DNA from: Kaistia sp.
Lineage (GTDB): Bacteria; Pseudomonadota; Alphaproteobacteria; Rhizobiales; Kaistiaceae
Length of the DNA: 64,000 bases
Reading direction: 5' to 3'
NCBI GenBank assembly: GCA_965227845.1
Contig: OZ245770.1
Coordinates: 2,715,017-2,779,016, forward strand
Shown: piece after piece, positions 62,145 through 64,000 of the stretch
How positions within the stretch are numbered: position 1 is the stretch's first letter
Layout of the letters: every line of letters begins with the position of its first letter
Position numbers and translations under genes: made by a program
Notes under the pieces: generated by a model
What the model was told of the DNA's origin: nothing
Database searches by the model: none
What the model saw: only the letters and a program-made list of their open reading frames with translations

Positions 62145-62329
62145 GATACGCAGCACCGGAAACGTTCGGGGATCGAACGCGGCGTAGACTGCGAAGACCT
62201 TGCTTAGCAATGTATTGATACGAACACTCCACAACGAAATAAATGCGACCGGTGTCGCGCGCATCACGCCGGATCGGTGCCGGTGACCGGCCGCATGCTC
62301 AAGCGGCATGCGCCAAAGCCAGACGACGC

Positions 62330-62358
62330 TTGCAATTGCCGGCTCATCGGCCTATACG
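62330..62358 (+). promoter_or_regulatory. sigma70 promoter of the rimP-nusA operon
   Basis: (C)TTGCAA-N17-TATACG. Confidence 0.7.
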
Positions 62359-62496
62359 CCAGTCATTCATCTCAAACGATCGGCTCGTTGGAGAGTGGAC
62401 CCCCGGGGCCCGCTCGCAAGACCTCTTGGCCGATCGGGCGAGTTTCCCGACGGCCCGGATGCGTCCCGCGCCGAACCAAACCTCGGACGGACTGAC

Positions 62497-63102
62497 TTGG
62501 TCGACTCCGCAGCCATCGAACCGCGCATCATCGTCGAGACGGGCCTCGATGCCTGCGTCGCCGCCATCGTCGAGCCGGTCGTCGCCGATCTCGGCTACCG
62601 CCTGGTGCGCGTCAAGACCTCCCGCCGCAACGGCATGACGCTGCAGGTGATGGCCGAGCGGCCGGATGGCAGCATGTCGGTGACCGACTGCGAGCAGATC
62701 AGCCGCAACCTGTCGCCGGCGCTCGACGTCGAGGATCCGATCGCGGAGGCCTATCATCTGGAGGTCTCCTCGCCCGGCATCGACCGTCCGCTGGTCCGCC
62801 GTTCGGATTTCGAGCGCTGGACCGGACACATCGCCAAGATCGAGGCCAGCATCCCGGTCGACGGGCGCAAGCGCTTCCGCGGCACGCTGCTCGGCCTCGA
62901 AGGCGACGCGACCGCATTGAAGCTCGAGGACGTGCCGGCCGGTGCGCCCGACCGCGTCCTGGTGCCGCTCGCCTCCATCGGCGAGGCCAAGCTGGTCCTC
63001 ACCGACGCACTGATCGACGACACGCTCCGGGATCACGCCGCCCTCGAGGGCGCCGAGGATGCCGATATCGACGACATGACCGACGATACGTCCGACGCCT
63101 GA
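62497..63102 (+). CDS. rimP: Ribosome maturation factor RimP
   Basis: [38 protein letters not shown]; probable TTG start. Confidence 0.93.
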   Translation: MVDSAAIEPRIIVETGLDACVAAIVEPVVADLGYRLVRVKTSRRNGMTLQVMAERPDGSMSVTDCEQISRNLSPALDVEDPIAEAYHLEVSSPGIDRPLVRRSDFERWTGHIAKIEASIPVDGRKRFRGTLLGLEGDATALKLEDVPAGAPDRVLVPLASIGEAKLVLTDALIDDTLRDHAALEGAEDADIDDMTDDTSDA

Positions 63103-63143
63103 AGGCGGGACGATCGCGCAGAAAGAGTAACGGAGACAGGACG

Positions 63144-64000
63144 ATGGCAGTCAGCGCCAACCGGCTCGAACTCTTGCAGATCGCCGACGCGGTCGCCCGT
63201 GAGAAGGTGATCGACCGGCAGATCGTCATCGCCGCGATGGAGGACGCCATCCAGAAGGCGGCCCGCTCGCGCTATGGCTCCGAAACCGACGTCCGCGCCG
63301 AGATCAATCCGAAGACCGGCGAGATCCGGCTGCAGCGCCTGCTGCAGGTGGTGGAGACGGTCGAGAATCCGGCGATCGAGGTTTCGCTCGATGTCGCGAC
63401 CGACCAGAACCCGGCCGCCCGCGTCGGCGACTATATCGCCGAAGCGCTGCCGCCGATGGATTTCGGCCGTATCGCGGCGCAGTCGGCCAAGCAGGTCATC
63501 GTGCAGAAGGTGCGCGAGGCCGAGCGCGACCGCCAGTTCGACGAATACAAGGATCGCATCGGCGAGATCGTCAACGGTTCGGTCAAGCGCGTCGAATATG
63601 GCAATGTCATCGTCGATCTCGGCCGTGGCGAGGGCATCGTCCGTCGCGACGAGCTGATCCCGCGCGAAACCTTCCGCTATGGCGACCGCATCCGGTCCTA
63701 TGTCTACGACGTCCGCCGCGAGCAGCGCGGGCCGCAGATCTTCCTGTCGCGCACGCATCCGCAGTTCATGGCGAAGCTGTTCGCGCAGGAAGTGCCGGAA
63801 ATCTATGACGGCATCATCGAGGTGAAGTCGGTCGCCCGCGATCCGGGCTCGCGCGCCAAGCTCGCCGTCATCTCGCGCGACTCGTCGATCGATCCGGTCG
63901 GCGCCTGCGTCGGCATGCGCGGCAGCCGCGTCCAGGCGGTCGTGAACGAATTGCAGGGCGAGAAGATCGACATCATTCCGTGGTCGGGCGACCCGGCGAC
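63144..64000 (+). CDS. nusA: Transcription termination/antitermination factor NusA (5' part, runs off the window)
   Basis: Translated by hand from ATG 63144: MAVSANRLELLQIADAVAREK...FGRIAAQSAKQVI...ARDPGSRAK...DPVGACVGMRGSRVQAV. Confidence 0.96.
   Translation, partial: MAVSANRLELLQIADAVAREKVIDRQIVIAAMEDAIQKAARSRYGSETDVRAEINPKTGEIRLQRLLQVVETVENPAIEVSLDVATDQNPAARVGDYIAEALPPMDFGRIAAQSAKQVIVQKVREAERDRQFDEYKDRIGEIVNGSVKRVEYGNVIVDLGRGEGIVRRDELIPRETFRYGDRIRSYVYDVRREQRGPQIFLSRTHPQFMAKLFAQEVPEIYDGIIEVKSVARDPGSRAKLAVISRDSSIDPVGACVGMRGSRVQAVVNELQGEKIDIIPWSGDPA

Overview
High-GC chromosomal window from an alphaproteobacterium (Hyphomicrobiales/Rhizobiales-type gene order; GC judged by eye, not computed). 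I found no rRNA, tRNA, CRISPR array, transposase, integrase or phage gene. Left to right: (1) the 3' part of a protein with Cys/Trp repeats, yidB-like gene, prmB, MFS/TetR pair, secreted Ntn hydrolase, rlmN, pgm and mgtA, which is preceded by a short Pro-rich uORF; (2) a DUF2946-like uORF ending in RAPP ahead of a PepSY-TM gene, then RegB/RegA-type two-component genes, an MFS and cyoABCD-surf1; (3) a GntR-associated catabolic cluster (CE4/PuuE-like hydrolase, amidohydrolase, hydantoin/allantoin racemase, PotABCD-like ABC importer, divergent ArgE-like M20 hydrolase); (4) PQQ sugar dehydrogenase, OhrR-like regulator, msrB, an RND pair and a GGDEF protein; (5) a second catabolic operon (divergent adenine-deaminase family enzyme, BMP-type nucleoside ABC importer, creatininase-family enzyme); (6) a stress patch (YqjG-like GST, DJ-1/PfpI, entericidin, MgtC/SapB) with back-to-back sigma-EcfG-type promoters; (7) the conserved run tsaB-rimI-fur-acyltransferase-miaB-phoH-ybeY-corC-lnt-phrR/praR-metK-trmB-rimP-nusA (truncated). 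The best leads are two putative translation-dependent metal-sensing leaders (RAPP uORF, Pro-rich mgtA uORF), two catabolic clusters of unknown substrate, and an unannotated 30-aa hydrophobic ORF. All family calls come from recognising motifs by eye; no database search was run.
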